38,548 nucleotides of DNA from a virus (taxonomy: Duplodnaviria; Heunggongvirae; Uroviricota; Caudoviricetes), in the IMG/VR virus record IMGVR_UViG_2563366976_000006. One strand, given 5' to 3'. The notes under the pieces are model-generated. The model saw nothing but the letters and a program-made list of their open reading frames with translations, was not told the origin of the DNA and searched no databases. Position numbers and translations under genes: made by a program. The first letter of the stretch is position 1. Each line of letters starts with the position of its first letter. Positions 1 to 9,675 of this stretch are shown here, piece after piece.

Positions 1-1053
1 TTACGGGGTAATGCCAACCGCTGCCGCCACTTTGTCGCCACTTGGCAGCGTTGCCAGAGGATTGAAACGGAGCGCCGTTTCTAGATGATCCGGTGCCAGA
101 TGTGCGTAACGCATAGTCATTTTTATATCGTGGTGTCCGAGAATTTTTTGTAAGGCCAGAATGTTTCCACCCGACATCATGAAGTGCGCCGCAAACGTAT
201 GGCGCAGAACGTGTGTGAGTTGACCGCGAGGGAGCACGATAGACGTTTTTTCCATCACGGATAAAAATTGAAAATAGCAGTCTGTGAAGAAATTGAACCC
301 ATCAAGCGCCATGATCTCTTCGTAAAGCTCTTTACTGATAGGGATGCTTCTGTTTTTCTTCCCCTTCGTTCTGACAAAGGTAATTCGGTATTTGGTCACC
401 TGTGAGCGGGTAAGATTTACGGCTTCACGCCAGCGTGCGCCTGTGCTTAAGCATATCTTAACTACCGGTGCCAGAATTGGGTCCTGACGTTTGCAATCAG
501 CCAGCAATTCAACAATCTGCTCATGGGTAAGCCATGCCATCTCTTTTTCTGCGATGGTGAATTTTCGCATGTTCTCCAGTGGGTTCGGATACGACCATTC
601 GCCCAGACGGGATAGTTCGCTAAAAACACTACTTAGATAGCTTTGCTCCAGGTTAATGGTGACCGGGCTTGCTCCTTTCTTCCATTTCTCGCTGAAGTAG
701 ATCTCGCCTGTCAGGCGTTTATCTCGATAGTGGGCAAACATTTTAGAGGTGAGATCGGTTGCAAGAGGATTGCCCAGAGCGTCAACCATCAACAGCAATT
801 TGTCATAGACATGCTGCCCAGCTGTCAGAGATTTACCATGTAGTTTGAACCATAGCTCAACCACGTCTTTCAGTGTTCGACGATCCACTGATTCACCCAG
901 CCAGGGCTTTGCTTCGGTTTCTTCCATCGTGTGGCGCTCAAAAGCCAGTGCTTCGCCTTTGGTGGCGAATTGTTTACGCACACGACGCCCACTTCGTCCG
1001 GCGGGGTAACATTCGCAAAGCCATTTCCCTGTGGTTAGTTTTCGTACTGCCAT
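1..1053 (-). CDS. int: phage tyrosine integrase (P2/186 Int family)
   Basis: 350-aa ORF; C-terminal catalytic region with HxxR and a tyrosine (MTMRYAHL); stop codon at 1-3; position next to cI. Confidence 0.9.
   Translation of the reverse strand: MAVRKLTTGKWLCECYPAGRSGRRVRKQFATKGEALAFERHTMEETEAKPWLGESVDRRTLKDVVELWFKLHGKSLTAGQHVYDKLLLMVDALGNPLATDLTSKMFAHYRDKRLTGEIYFSEKWKKGASPVTINLEQSYLSSVFSELSRLGEWSYPNPLENMRKFTIAEKEMAWLTHEQIVELLADCKRQDPILAPVVKICLSTGARWREAVNLTRSQVTKYRITFVRTKGKKNRSIPISKELYEEIMALDGFNFFTDCYFQFLSVMEKTSIVLPRGQLTHVLRHTFAAHFMMSGGNILALQKILGHHDIKMTMRYAHLAPDHLETALRFNPLATLPSGDKVAAAVGITP
19..41. repeat. candidate attL core (cgctgccgccaCtttgtcgccaC)
   Basis: 21/23 identical to 35694-35716 in direct orientation; lies inside the 3' end of int. 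Confidence 0.5.
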
Positions 1054-1057
1054 AAAA

Positions 1058-1077
1058 AGCCCTCATATCAGAGGGCT
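1058..1077 (-). terminator. hairpin (agccctc/gagggct) followed by T-run on minus strand, overlapping the int Shine-Dalgarno
   Basis: 7-bp stem, 6-nt loop, then TTTTT immediately before the int ATG; GAGGG of the stem is the likely int SD. Confidence 0.4.
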
Positions 1078-1135
1078 AAATTTAACTGTATATGTAACCA
1101 GTAATCAATGTGTGATTACTATGAAACATACATTG

Positions 1136-2812
1136 CTAAGCAACATGTAGTTCATCGTTGGCGGAAGTGGCTGCTTTGCGCTCCTGCTCAATAGCTAGAG
1201 ACTCTCTATATTCTTTCGCCTCTGCAAACATTGTCCAGTGGGCGTTGATGTTCATGTCTTCAATAACTGATTTGATTTCTTTTAAATTTACGTTAAAAAA
1301 CTCTTTTCGTGAGTTAATTTTATTGACCTGCTTTTCGTTGAAAACTTTATGCAGATGGTTTTCTAATGATGGTGCATCATCACTATAAATCATCGCATGA
1401 ACATCGAACGAAAAAGGAACACTAGCATCTCCGAGTTCACGAACACGATCAAGTGGTTCAAGGCGGCGTGTCATTCCAATTTTATATACATCTTCGCCAA
1501 ATGAACCAATATTACTAATGATATAGACGTGGCCTGATCTGGTTTGTTGAGCCATAGAAATAGCTCGTTGATTTTTAGCTTCTGCTTCTTCATATTTTAA
1601 CTGTAGTTCAGCTATTTTTTGCTCTAAAGCTAAGCGTTGTTCTTCATTTGCAAGCATAAGTTCTTTCGTTGCTTTATTTATAGCTTGCTGAATAGCTTTT
1701 TCTTCTTTTTCAGCTTCTTTTATCGCTTTTTCATATTCTCTACGAGCTCTTTCCTCTTCACGAAGCTGTTCTTTAATCCTTCTTTGCTCTTCTTTTTCTT
1801 CGAGCATAATTTCATTAACTGCTACACCCCATTTTAGCTCGTTGAGTCTTGCCTGAAGATAGATGTCACTTATTTTTGCGGACCTAAAGGCAGAGCCATT
1901 GTAATTTACTAGTTGAAATGCATCTTTTATTTCTTGGGAAAGTTTTCCAAAATTGTTGTGTTTGACTTTTGATAAAATACTGTCAACTCTTCCATTGAAG
2001 GCATCCAAAACAAAGTTTATGGAAGTATTACGCCTGTTTTGCTCAACATAATCACACGAAGCAGCTTTATTAGTTTTTATTAATGATTTGGTTAACTCTC
2101 TGGCTTTTTGTAATTCCTTGCCTGCATCTGTAAATTCATAATTTTCTGCCAGCTCATCAAGTACACTACGGTTAGGGATGATCCATTCATCACCATAACC
2201 TTCAATTTTATTTTTCATTGATTTTGCAACTGCTTCATATTTTTCTGCAAACTCTTTAGCTTCATATGCTGAACCAGCAATCTCCTTTGCTCTTTCTTCT
2301 GCATCAGAAATAATTTTTACTGCATTGTCATTAGCATTTGAGATTAGCTCATTTGCTTTATTATTAGCATTATCAAGACGTTCTTTGGCTTTCAGGCGTG
2401 CATCGCGAGCGTCTTTGGTGATTGCTATAGCTTCGCTATTAGCGTTGCTTATTGTCATCTGAGCTTGATAATTTGCTTCGTTTACTGTTTTAGCCGCCTT
2501 AATTTGGGCATCATCTATTTTTTGCTTGGCTATTGAGTCCGCATTTTTTATCTTATTCTCTGCATCCATTACTGCGCTGTGCAATTCTTCGTATTGCCAC
2601 AATGGTGCTGCTCGCCCTTCAAGCTCTGATAATTCTCGTACGGTCTGTGCTAGTTTTTCTTGATTTTCAATCAGTTGGTTAGAAAGGGCTATGTTGTTAG
2701 CTGTCAGGTTATCTATAGCCGCTTTGTGTTTTTTACTTTGTTTAAATAATATTACAGCTAGAACAGGGGCGAGAAATGCTAATAAGAGTATAACGATGGC
2801 AAATGAATTCAT
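1136..2812 (-). CDS. membrane-anchored coiled-coil protein with DUF4041-like middle and T5orf172/GIY-YIG-like C-terminal domain (moron)
   Basis: 558-aa ORF; N-terminal hydrophobic helix, long E/K/A-rich coiled coil, C-terminal segment VYIISNIGSFGEDVYKIGMT typical of T5orf172-type domains; AT-rich relative to neighbours; AAGGA SD upstream. Confidence 0.6.
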   Translation of the reverse strand: MNSFAIVILLLAFLAPVLAVILFKQSKKHKAAIDNLTANNIALSNQLIENQEKLAQTVRELSELEGRAAPLWQYEELHSAVMDAENKIKNADSIAKQKIDDAQIKAAKTVNEANYQAQMTISNANSEAIAITKDARDARLKAKERLDNANNKANELISNANDNAVKIISDAEERAKEIAGSAYEAKEFAEKYEAVAKSMKNKIEGYGDEWIIPNRSVLDELAENYEFTDAGKELQKARELTKSLIKTNKAASCDYVEQNRRNTSINFVLDAFNGRVDSILSKVKHNNFGKLSQEIKDAFQLVNYNGSAFRSAKISDIYLQARLNELKWGVAVNEIMLEEKEEQRRIKEQLREEERARREYEKAIKEAEKEEKAIQQAINKATKELMLANEEQRLALEQKIAELQLKYEEAEAKNQRAISMAQQTRSGHVYIISNIGSFGEDVYKIGMTRRLEPLDRVRELGDASVPFSFDVHAMIYSDDAPSLENHLHKVFNEKQVNKINSRKEFFNVNLKEIKSVIEDMNINAHWTMFAEAKEYRESLAIEQERKAATSANDELHVA

Positions 2813-2832
2813 TTTAAAATCCTTTTACTATA

Positions 2833-3429
2833 TTAATTCGAGACTATTGTACTTCTTATACAAGCAACCACTTCAATATCAGAAAATGCACATTCAAAGC
2901 TATTCTCTGCTGTTGTAATTTTAATCATTCCTTTAGGAAGCCTTGTGATTTTTCGAATGGAATAGGTTCCGTCGATATTGATTAACCAGTTTCCATCAAG
3001 TACTTCAGAAAATTTTTGATCACAAATGTATGTGACGAGTCCATCCTGAACAACAATTGGTGATGAAAGGTTTGCAGGAAGAAATGATGAATCGAAGACA
3101 TATGAACCGTCTTCAATCATTTTGCCTGCGGCAAGGCGAAACTTAACAAGCTCTTCTGTAGCTGCTGTCAGCGAGCTTTGCTTAAGGCCTTGTCCGGTAG
3201 TTAACCATTTGAGGGAGGTTCCTGTTTCAAGAGCACATTGGATTATCCAGTCAGCAGGAAATGTATCCCGCAAATACCTGTTCGCTAGTGTGCTTTTTGA
3301 TACTTCCAAGTGATCAGCTAAAGCCTGTCGTGTCGTAAAGCCATAGGCTTCGACTAATCGCTCAATCGCAGCCTTACCACCTTTATTGGGATTTATTTTG
3401 ATCTCACTTGGGTACTTTGATGTTGACAT
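2833..3429 (-). CDS. cI: CI-type immunity repressor (phage 186 CI-like)
   Basis: 198-aa ORF divergent from apl/cII; N-terminal HTH-like region; position between int side and the pR/pL switch. Confidence 0.8.
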   Translation of the reverse strand: MSTSKYPSEIKINPNKGGKAAIERLVEAYGFTTRQALADHLEVSKSTLANRYLRDTFPADWIIQCALETGTSLKWLTTGQGLKQSSLTAATEELVKFRLAAGKMIEDGSYVFDSSFLPANLSSPIVVQDGLVTYICDQKFSEVLDGNWLINIDGTYSIRKITRLPKGMIKITTAENSFECAFSDIEVVACIRSTIVSN

Positions 3430-3451
3430 ATCTCTTTTGCGATCCTAGTAT
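3423..3451 (+). promoter_or_regulatory. candidate lytic promoter pR (TTGACA, 17-nt spacer, TAGTAT)
   Basis: Consensus -35 TTGACA at 3423-3428 and -10 TAGTAT at 3446-3451 reading into apl. Confidence 0.5.
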
Positions 3452-3458
3452 CAGTTTT

Positions 3459-3474
3459 GTACCCAATTGGGTAC
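3459..3474. promoter_or_regulatory. perfect 16-bp palindrome GTACCCAATTGGGTAC, candidate operator
   Basis: Perfect palindrome just downstream of the pR -10, between cI and apl. Confidence 0.4.
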
Positions 3475-3524
3475 TTGTCACGATTACTACAGGCTCACCA
3501 CAAGCCAATAGGAGATGTTGCATC

Positions 3525-3746
3525 ATGACCCCTAACATTTCAATAACTCTGAATACGCCACACGTCACAATCGAGCGTTATAGCGAACTTACTGGTCTTT
3601 CAATCGACACAATCAACGATATGTTGGCGGATGGTCGCATTCCTCGGCATCGTCTTCGTAAAGACAAGAAAAGAGAAAAGGTAATGATCAACCTTGCTGC
3701 TCTTACCGTTGATGCACTTACTGATTGCAATGTTGTATTCAACTAG
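3525..3746 (+). CDS. apl: Apl-like excisionase/transcriptional regulator
   Basis: 73-aa ORF starting [10 protein letters not shown] with GGAG SD; first gene of the rightward early operon, 186 order apl-cII. Confidence 0.7.
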   Translation: MTPNISITLNTPHVTIERYSELTGLSIDTINDMLADGRIPRHRLRKDKKREKVMINLAALTVDALTDCNVVFN

Positions 3747-3778
3747 TTCCATTTTGGGATACATCAGAGGTGTCGACC

Positions 3779-4288
3779 ATGTTTGATTACCAAGTTTCCA
3801 AACATCCACATTTTGATGAAGCCTGTCGTGCATTCGCACTGCGCCACAATCTGGTGCAACTGGCAGAACGTGCGGGCATGAATGTGCAGATTCTGCGGAA
3901 CAAGCTGAACCCAGCTCAACCTCATTTATTAACCGCACCAGAAATCTGGCTGCTTACCGATCTGACTGAAGATTCAACGTTGGTAGATGGTTTTCTGGCA
4001 CAGATTCATTGTCTGCCATGTGTACCGATTAATGAGGTAGCAAAAGAGAAACTGCCGCATTACGTCATGAGCGCAACTGCAGAGATCGGGCGTGTTGCAG
4101 CAGGTGCGGTATCTGGTGATGTAAAAACTAGTGCCGGTCGTCGTGATGCTATCAGCAGCATTAACTCTGTAACACGACTGATGGCTCTGGCTGCTGTTTC
4201 ATTGCAAGCCCGTTTACAGGCTAATCCTGCGATGGCGAGTGCAGTTGATACCATGACTGGCCTTGGTGCTTCATTCGGTTTGCTGTGA
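3779..4288 (+). CDS. cII: CII-like lysogeny establishment activator
   Basis: 169-aa ORF starting [10 protein letters not shown], same length as 186 CII; follows apl. Confidence 0.75.
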   Translation: MFDYQVSKHPHFDEACRAFALRHNLVQLAERAGMNVQILRNKLNPAQPHLLTAPEIWLLTDLTEDSTLVDGFLAQIHCLPCVPINEVAKEKLPHYVMSATAEIGRVAAGAVSGDVKTSAGRRDAISSINSVTRLMALAAVSLQARLQANPAMASAVDTMTGLGASFGLL

Positions 4289-4295
4289 GGTGTTT

Positions 4296-4592
4296 ATGCT
4301 GACGAAAGAACCATCATTTGCATCGCTGCTGGTAAAACAAAGCCCGGCAATGCACTACGGTCACGGCTGGATCACGGGTGAGGATGGAAAACGCTGGCAT
4401 CCATGTCATTCACAAGATGAATTGCTGTCTGAATTGACCACGAGGAAACGGAGAAAGTCCAAATGTATGCGGCAGAAAGTGAAGTGGTTTATCAATTTCG
4501 TTACAGAGGGGAGAGTTATTCAGTACCTGAAGATGATTTGCTCTGTTGCTATCCGTCATTGTCGGGCGATGGCAGTTACTTTTTCACGTTAA
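4296..4592 (+). CDS. small early protein, Fil-like (start uncertain)
   Basis: ATG at 4296 with GAGG SD; occupies the fil position of 186; overlaps next ORF in another frame. Confidence 0.4.
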   Translation: MLTKEPSFASLLVKQSPAMHYGHGWITGEDGKRWHPCHSQDELLSELTTRKRRKSKCMRQKVKWFINFVTEGRVIQYLKMICSVAIRHCRAMAVTFSR

Positions 4593-4687
4593 AGGATGGG
4601 ACGTTTTTACGGGGAGAGCAGGTTAAAGAGACGATACGAAAAAATGTATCTCCTCTTGAGCGTTACCGTAAGAACAAAGAACGATAG
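4463..4687 (+). CDS. small early hypothetical protein (dhr position)
   Basis: 74-aa ORF with GGAG SD 9 nt upstream of ATG; overlaps 3' part of previous ORF. Confidence 0.35.
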   Translation: MYAAESEVVYQFRYRGESYSVPEDDLLCCYPSLSGDGSYFFTLKDGTFLRGEQVKETIRKNVSPLERYRKNKER

Positions 4688-4709
4688 CTGCGTTTGGGGG
4701 ATATGAAGT

Positions 4710-5051
4710 ATGGCAATTAATGGCGCTGCAGCAACTGTTCCATTAAGCCCCGGTGAACGCCTGAATGGACTTAATCACATTGCGGAGTTAAGGGCGAAAG
4801 TTTTTGGCCTGAATATTGAGTCAGAGCTTGAGCGGTTTATTAAAGATATGCGTGATCCACGGGATATCAATAATGAACAAAATAAACGGGCACTGGCTGC
4901 CATATTCTTTATGGCAAAAATTCCAGCTGAACGTCATAGCATCAGCATTAATGAGCTGACCACTGACGAAAAGCGGGAGCTGATTAAAGCAATGAATCAT
5001 TTTCGTGCAGTGGTGAGCTTATTTCCCAGACGGCTAACCATGCCGAATTAA
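4710..5051 (+). CDS. hypothetical early phage protein
   Basis: 113-aa ORF in the early operon, same strand. Confidence 0.5.
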   Translation: MAINGAAATVPLSPGERLNGLNHIAELRAKVFGLNIESELERFIKDMRDPRDINNEQNKRALAAIFFMAKIPAERHSISINELTTDEKRELIKAMNHFRAVVSLFPRRLTMPN

Positions 5052-5112
5052 CCAACTAATGAAATTAATGGCGTAAACCCGCCGGGCATCCCTTTATCTA
5101 AATTCAGGAGAA

Positions 5113-5352
5113 TTGATTATGCGTAATATTGAAACCCTCACGACTAAAACCGGACCGGATGACGCAGGGCTTAATATTTTACTGACAGAGGCTCGTCTGG
5201 AAGAACGCCGGGCAAGGGCTGAAGCAATGGCTGCTCGCCTTGATAGCCTGGCGTGTCATATCTCATCCCGCCAGCTAAACCACGTGGAAGCGGCAGAACT
5301 GCTGCGCGTGACTGCTGAAGCAATCCAGAACGAAGCGCAGGAGATCCACTAA
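5113..5352 (+). CDS. hypothetical early phage protein
   Basis: 79-aa ORF, AGGAG SD upstream, tightly packed with next gene. Confidence 0.5.
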   Translation: MIMRNIETLTTKTGPDDAGLNILLTEARLEERRARAEAMAARLDSLACHISSRQLNHVEAAELLRVTAEAIQNEAQEIH

Positions 5353-5579
5353 TGGCTGATGCAATGGATCTCGTACAGCAGCGCGTTGAAGAAGAACGCC
5401 AGCGCCATATCCGTGCAGCCCGTGCCAAATCACCGGGCGTGTCACGCGTACTTTGCATTGAATGTGAAGCGCCAATTCCGCCAGCACGACGCCGCGCCAT
5501 TCCGGGAGTGCAGCTTTGCATTACCTGTCAGGAAATCGCAGAACTGAAAGGCAAACATTACAACGGAGGTGCTGTATGA
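5352..5579 (+). CDS. TraR/DksA-family zinc-finger protein
   Basis: 75-aa ORF with CxxC...CxxC spacing (CIECEAP...CITCQ). Confidence 0.6.
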   Translation: MADAMDLVQQRVEEERQRHIRAARAKSPGVSRVLCIECEAPIPPARRRAIPGVQLCITCQEIAELKGKHYNGGAV

Positions 5580-6433
5580 GCACCATCCTGAAATGGGCGG
5601 GAAATAAAACCGCCATTATGCCAGAACTGAAAAAATACCTTCCTGCTGGCCCGCGACTGGTTGAACCTTTCGCGGGTTCCTGTGCTGTGATGATGGAAAC
5701 GGATTATCCCAGCTATCTGGTTGCGGATATTAATCCTGATTTAATCAACCTCTATAAAAAGGTTGCCGCTGATTGTGAATCGTTTATATCTCGCGCCAGA
5801 GTTTTATTTGAGATCGCAAACAGGGAGGTGGCTTATTACAACATAAGGCAGGAGTTTAACTGCTCAACTGAAATTACTGATTTCATGAAAGCGGTATATT
5901 TCCTGTATCTCAATCGTCACGGTTACCGTGGTTTATGTCGCTATAACAAGAGCGGGCATTTCAACATTCCCTACGGTAATTATAAAAATCCGTATTTCCC
6001 TGAAAAAGAACTTCGCACATTTGCAGAAAAAGCCCAGCGAGCAACGTTTATCTGCGCCAGCTTTGATGAAACGCTGGCGATGTTGAAGGCGGGAGATGTG
6101 GTGTATTGCGATCCGCCATATGACGGTACGTTTTCCGGCTATCACACTGATGGTTTCACTGAAGATGACCAGTATCACCTGGCATCCGTTCTTGAACATC
6201 GGTCATCAGAAGGACATCCGGTCATTGTTTCTAACAGTGACACATCCCTGATCCGTTCGCTGTATCGCAATTTTACTCACCACTATATCAAGGTAAAACG
6301 CAGCATCGGTGTGGCAGCTGGCGAGGGTAAATCAGCAACAGAAATCATTGCTGTTTCCGGGCCGCGCTGCTGGATGGGATTTGATTATTCGCGTGGCGTG
6401 GATAGTTCTGCCGTGTACGGAGTACGTGCATGA
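5576..6433 (+). CDS. dam: DNA adenine methyltransferase (Dam-like, N6-adenine)
   Basis: Starts [11 protein letters not shown]; FAGS motif and DPPY catalytic motif ([10 protein letters not shown]). Confidence 0.85.
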   Translation: MSTILKWAGNKTAIMPELKKYLPAGPRLVEPFAGSCAVMMETDYPSYLVADINPDLINLYKKVAADCESFISRARVLFEIANREVAYYNIRQEFNCSTEITDFMKAVYFLYLNRHGYRGLCRYNKSGHFNIPYGNYKNPYFPEKELRTFAEKAQRATFICASFDETLAMLKAGDVVYCDPPYDGTFSGYHTDGFTEDDQYHLASVLEHRSSEGHPVIVSNSDTSLIRSLYRNFTHHYIKVKRSIGVAAGEGKSATEIIAVSGPRCWMGFDYSRGVDSSAVYGVRA

Positions 6434-8844
6434 GTCATGCCGATATGAACAACTGCTGCGGCTTTAACGAGGCTGCCGCAGCATTCTCATGGAACAGCCC
6501 GAAAAAGGCCATTAACCCTTATCTGGACCCGGCGGAAGTTGCGCCGGTTTCTACGCTTTCAAACCTGATCACTCTGTACGCTGCCGATAACGAGCAGGAA
6601 CAGTTGCGCCGCGAGGCACTGAGTGATCAGGTCTGGGAGCGTTATTTCTTTAATGAATCACATGATCCTGTCCAGCGCGAAATGGAGCAGGATAAGCTCA
6701 TTAGCCGGGCAAAGCTGGCGCATGAGCAGCAGCGTTTTAATTCAGACATGGTCATTCTGGCGGACGTCAACGCCCAGCCTTCCCATATCAGCAAGCCGCT
6801 GATGCAACGTATTGAATACTTCAGCAGCCTGGGCAGGCCAAAGGCTTATTCCCGCTATTTACGTGAGACGATTAAGCCATGTCTGGAACGACTGGAGCAT
6901 GTACGCGACAGTCAGCTATCTGCATCTTTTCGCTTTATGGCAAGCCATGAAGGGCTGGACGGCCTGCTGATCCTGCCTGAAATGAGTCAGGATCAGGTGA
7001 AACGCCTGTCCACCCTGGTAGCTGCGCATATGAGTATGTGCCTTGATGCAGCTTGTGGTGATTTGTATGCCACCGATGACGTTAAGCCAGAAGAAATCCG
7101 CAAGACATGGGAAAAGGTGGCAGCGGAAACCCTGCGTCTGGATGTCATCCCACCTGCGTTTGAGCAACTCCGTCGGAAAAGAAACCGCCGTAAACCCGTG
7201 CCGTATGAACTCATTCCGGGTTCGCTGGCGCGTATGTTGTGCGCCGACTGGTGGTATCGGAAATTATGGAAGATGCGTTGCGAATGGCGGGAAGAGCAGT
7301 TGCGCGCTGTTTGCCTGGTCAGCAAAAAAGCATCTCCTTATGTCAGCTATGAAGCCGTGATGCATAAACGTGAGCAGCGCCGTAAGTCGCTGGAGTTTTT
7401 CCGTTCTCATGAACTGGTGAACGAAGACGGTGACACGCTGGACATGGAGGATGTGGTAAACGCCAGCAGCAGCAACCCTGCGCATCGCCGCAATGAGATG
7501 ATGGCCTGTGTTAAAGGTCTGGAGCTTATCGCGGAAATGCGCGGTGACTGCGCCGTTTTCTACACTATCACCTGTCCGTCGCGTTTCCATTCCACGCTAA
7601 ATAACGGCAGACCAAACCCGACCTGGACAAACGCGACGGTAAGACAAAGCAGCGATTATCTGGTCGGCATGTTTGCTGCATTTCGTAAGGCGATGCACAA
7701 AGCCGGGTTGCGCTGGTATGGCGTGCGGGTGGCTGAGCCGCATCATGATGGCACAGTTCACTGGCACCTGTTGTGTTTCATGCGCAAAAAAGACCGCCGT
7801 GCCATCACTGCATTACTGCGTAAGTTTGCCATCCGTGAAGACCGCGAGGAGCTGGGCAATAACACTGGGCCGCGCTTTAAGTCTGAGTTGATTAACCCGC
7901 GCAAAGGAACGCCGACAAGCTACATCGCGAAATATATCAGTAAGAACATTGACGGTCGTGGTCTGGCTGGCGAGATCAGCAAGGAAACGGGTAAATCTCT
8001 GCGTGATAACGCTGAATACGTGAATGCCTGGGCGTCTCTGCATCGTGTTCAGCAATTCCGCTTCTTTGGTATTCCGGGGCGTCAGGCTTACCGTGAACTT
8101 CGCTTGCTGGCTGGTCAGGCGGCAAGGCAACAGGGTGACAAAAAAGCAGGTGCGCCGGTACTGGATAACCCGCGTCTTGATGCCATTCTGGCTGCTGCTG
8201 ATGCTGGTTGTTTTGCCACCTACATCATGAAGCAGGGCGGCGTACTGGTTCCCCGTAAATATCACCTCATCAGAACCGCTTATGAAATCAACGAAGAGCC
8301 GACCGCCTATGGCGATCACGGCATTCGTATTTATGGCATCTGGTCACCCATTGCAGAGGGCAAGATCTGCACTCATGCAGTGAAGTGGAAAATGGTTCGT
8401 AAAGCCGTTGACGTTCAGGAGGCGGCAGCCGACCAGGGCGCTTGCGCCCCTTGGACTCGTGGCAATAACTGTCCCCTTGCTGAAAATTTGAACCAACAGG
8501 AGAAAGATAAATCAGCTGATGGGGACACCAGAACGGACATTACCCGCATGGATGACAAGGAGTTGCACGATTACCTGCACAGTATGAGCAAAAAAGATCG
8601 CCGGGAGCTGGCAGTAAGGTTGCGCCTGGTTAAACCGAAAAGGTGTAAAGACTACAAACAGCGAATTACAGATCATCAGCATCAGCAGCTCGTCTATGAA
8701 CTGAAGTCCAGAGGATTTGATGGCAGCGAGAAAGAAGTCGATTTGCTCCTTCGCGGTGGCAGTATTCCATCAGGAGCAGGCCTGCGTATCTTCTATCGGA
8801 ACCAGCGTCTGAAGGAAGATGATAAATGGCGGAACCTGTATTAA
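6430..8844 (+). CDS. A: replication initiation endonuclease (P2 gpA family)
   Basis: 804-aa ORF; HxH-type motif region (HWHLL) typical of rolling-circle initiators; position after the early genes. Confidence 0.85.
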   Translation: MSHADMNNCCGFNEAAAAFSWNSPKKAINPYLDPAEVAPVSTLSNLITLYAADNEQEQLRREALSDQVWERYFFNESHDPVQREMEQDKLISRAKLAHEQQRFNSDMVILADVNAQPSHISKPLMQRIEYFSSLGRPKAYSRYLRETIKPCLERLEHVRDSQLSASFRFMASHEGLDGLLILPEMSQDQVKRLSTLVAAHMSMCLDAACGDLYATDDVKPEEIRKTWEKVAAETLRLDVIPPAFEQLRRKRNRRKPVPYELIPGSLARMLCADWWYRKLWKMRCEWREEQLRAVCLVSKKASPYVSYEAVMHKREQRRKSLEFFRSHELVNEDGDTLDMEDVVNASSSNPAHRRNEMMACVKGLELIAEMRGDCAVFYTITCPSRFHSTLNNGRPNPTWTNATVRQSSDYLVGMFAAFRKAMHKAGLRWYGVRVAEPHHDGTVHWHLLCFMRKKDRRAITALLRKFAIREDREELGNNTGPRFKSELINPRKGTPTSYIAKYISKNIDGRGLAGEISKETGKSLRDNAEYVNAWASLHRVQQFRFFGIPGRQAYRELRLLAGQAARQQGDKKAGAPVLDNPRLDAILAAADAGCFATYIMKQGGVLVPRKYHLIRTAYEINEEPTAYGDHGIRIYGIWSPIAEGKICTHAVKWKMVRKAVDVQEAAADQGACAPWTRGNNCPLAENLNQQEKDKSADGDTRTDITRMDDKELHDYLHSMSKKDRRELAVRLRLVKPKRCKDYKQRITDHQHQQLVYELKSRGFDGSEKEVDLLLRGGSIPSGAGLRIFYRNQRLKEDDKWRNLY

Positions 8845-8936
8845 TTACGCGGGTTAACAATTCGTGCTCTTAATAATACCAGGCATATCAGGCTGATGAA
8901 CGTAAAAAAACGTTTTACATCAGTAAGATTATTATA

Positions 8937-8956
8937 TACTGTAAATATAAACAGTG
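8937..8956. promoter_or_regulatory. LexA (SOS) box TACTGTAAATATAAACAGTG
   Basis: CTGT-N8-ACAG consensus just upstream of the tum-like ORFs. Confidence 0.6.
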
Positions 8957-8997
8957 GTTATACGTACAGTATTTCTTGTGGTGTCATAGGAGGAAAG

Positions 8998-9186
8998 ATG
9001 CAGGACTATTTTTTGGAGTCTTTGAAGCTCCAGCGCATTGATTTTTTTCTTAAGCTTGTAGCGGCTAGTGAGTGTAGTGATGAAGAGAAGGGGCTGGCCC
9101 TGCAGTGGGTTTCTGAACTGACAGATGAACTCATGGCAAAAATCAGAACCCACGAATACAACCGCTCAATGGATGTCATCAATTGA
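8998..9186 (+). CDS. Tum-like (antirepressor operon) small protein, N-terminal part
   Basis: 62-aa ORF with GGAGGA SD, downstream of the LexA box; different frame from the next ORF. Confidence 0.4.
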   Translation: MQDYFLESLKLQRIDFFLKLVAASECSDEEKGLALQWVSELTDELMAKIRTHEYNRSMDVIN

Positions 9187-9196
9187 GGTGACTTTT

Positions 9197-9430
9197 ATGC
9201 GCATTGAAATAATGATCGATAAAGAGCAGAAGATTAGCCAGTCTACCCTGGACGCCCTTGAATCCGAGCTTTACCGCAATCTGCGCCCCCTGTATCCCAA
9301 AACGGTAATTCGTATCCGCAAAGGTAGCTCTAACGGTGTGGAACTGACCGGACTGCAACTGGACGAAGAAAGAAAACGAGTGATGAAAATTATGCAGAAG
9401 GTGTGGGAAGACGACAGCTGGCTGCATTAA
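9197..9430 (+). CDS. DinI-family protein (Tum C-terminal-like)
   Basis: 77-aa ORF starting MRIEIMIDKE, DinI-like pattern; SOS-regulated position. Confidence 0.65.
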   Translation: MRIEIMIDKEQKISQSTLDALESELYRNLRPLYPKTVIRIRKGSSNGVELTGLQLDEERKRVMKIMQKVWEDDSWLH

Positions 9431-9565
9431 GAAACGTTGCTGGCGTCTGAACTTGTTTCTGGCGTCAGCAAGGTTGAACAACGAGCCCTTGCGAGGCGTT
9501 AGCTCTGTAGTGCATGTCTATGCCGCATGAGATCGCATGATCGTTTGAGGATCGTTTTTGCTAAG

Positions 9566-9590
9566 GCCCGCCAGAACTGGCGGGCTTTTG
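9566..9590 (+). terminator. rho-independent terminator (GCCCGCCAG..CTGGCGGGC TTTT)
   Basis: 9-bp GC-rich perfect stem followed by TTTT after the tum/dinI operon. Confidence 0.6.
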
Positions 9591-9640
9591 CGTAGATCAT
9601 GCAGGTGCATGAAAACCACTACATAAAGCGGGCAGGCGTG

Positions 9641-9659
9641 GCGGGGATACGAGCGCGCG
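9641..9659 (+). other. cos-like cohesive-end sequence (GGCGTGGCGGGGA...)
   Basis: First 13 nt match the 186 cohesive end as I recall it, 14/19 to P2; correct position (after early region, before Q) and orientation. Confidence 0.45.
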
Positions 9660-9675
9660 CTTGCCATCGAACTCT

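Noticed and set aside
1158-2918. Small plus-strand ORFs inside and next to the DUF4041 gene
   Set aside because: Phe/Leu-rich translations from AT-rich antisense sequence; no SD or conservation signal.
3408-3524. Upstream extension of the apl ORF to 112 aa
   Set aside because: Would overlap the cI start and the pR promoter; ATG at 3525 with an SD gives an Apl-sized protein.
8896-8997. Upstream extension of the tum-like ORF from ATG 8896
   Set aside because: The LexA box and promoter lie inside this extension; the ATG at 8998 has a strong GGAGGA SD.
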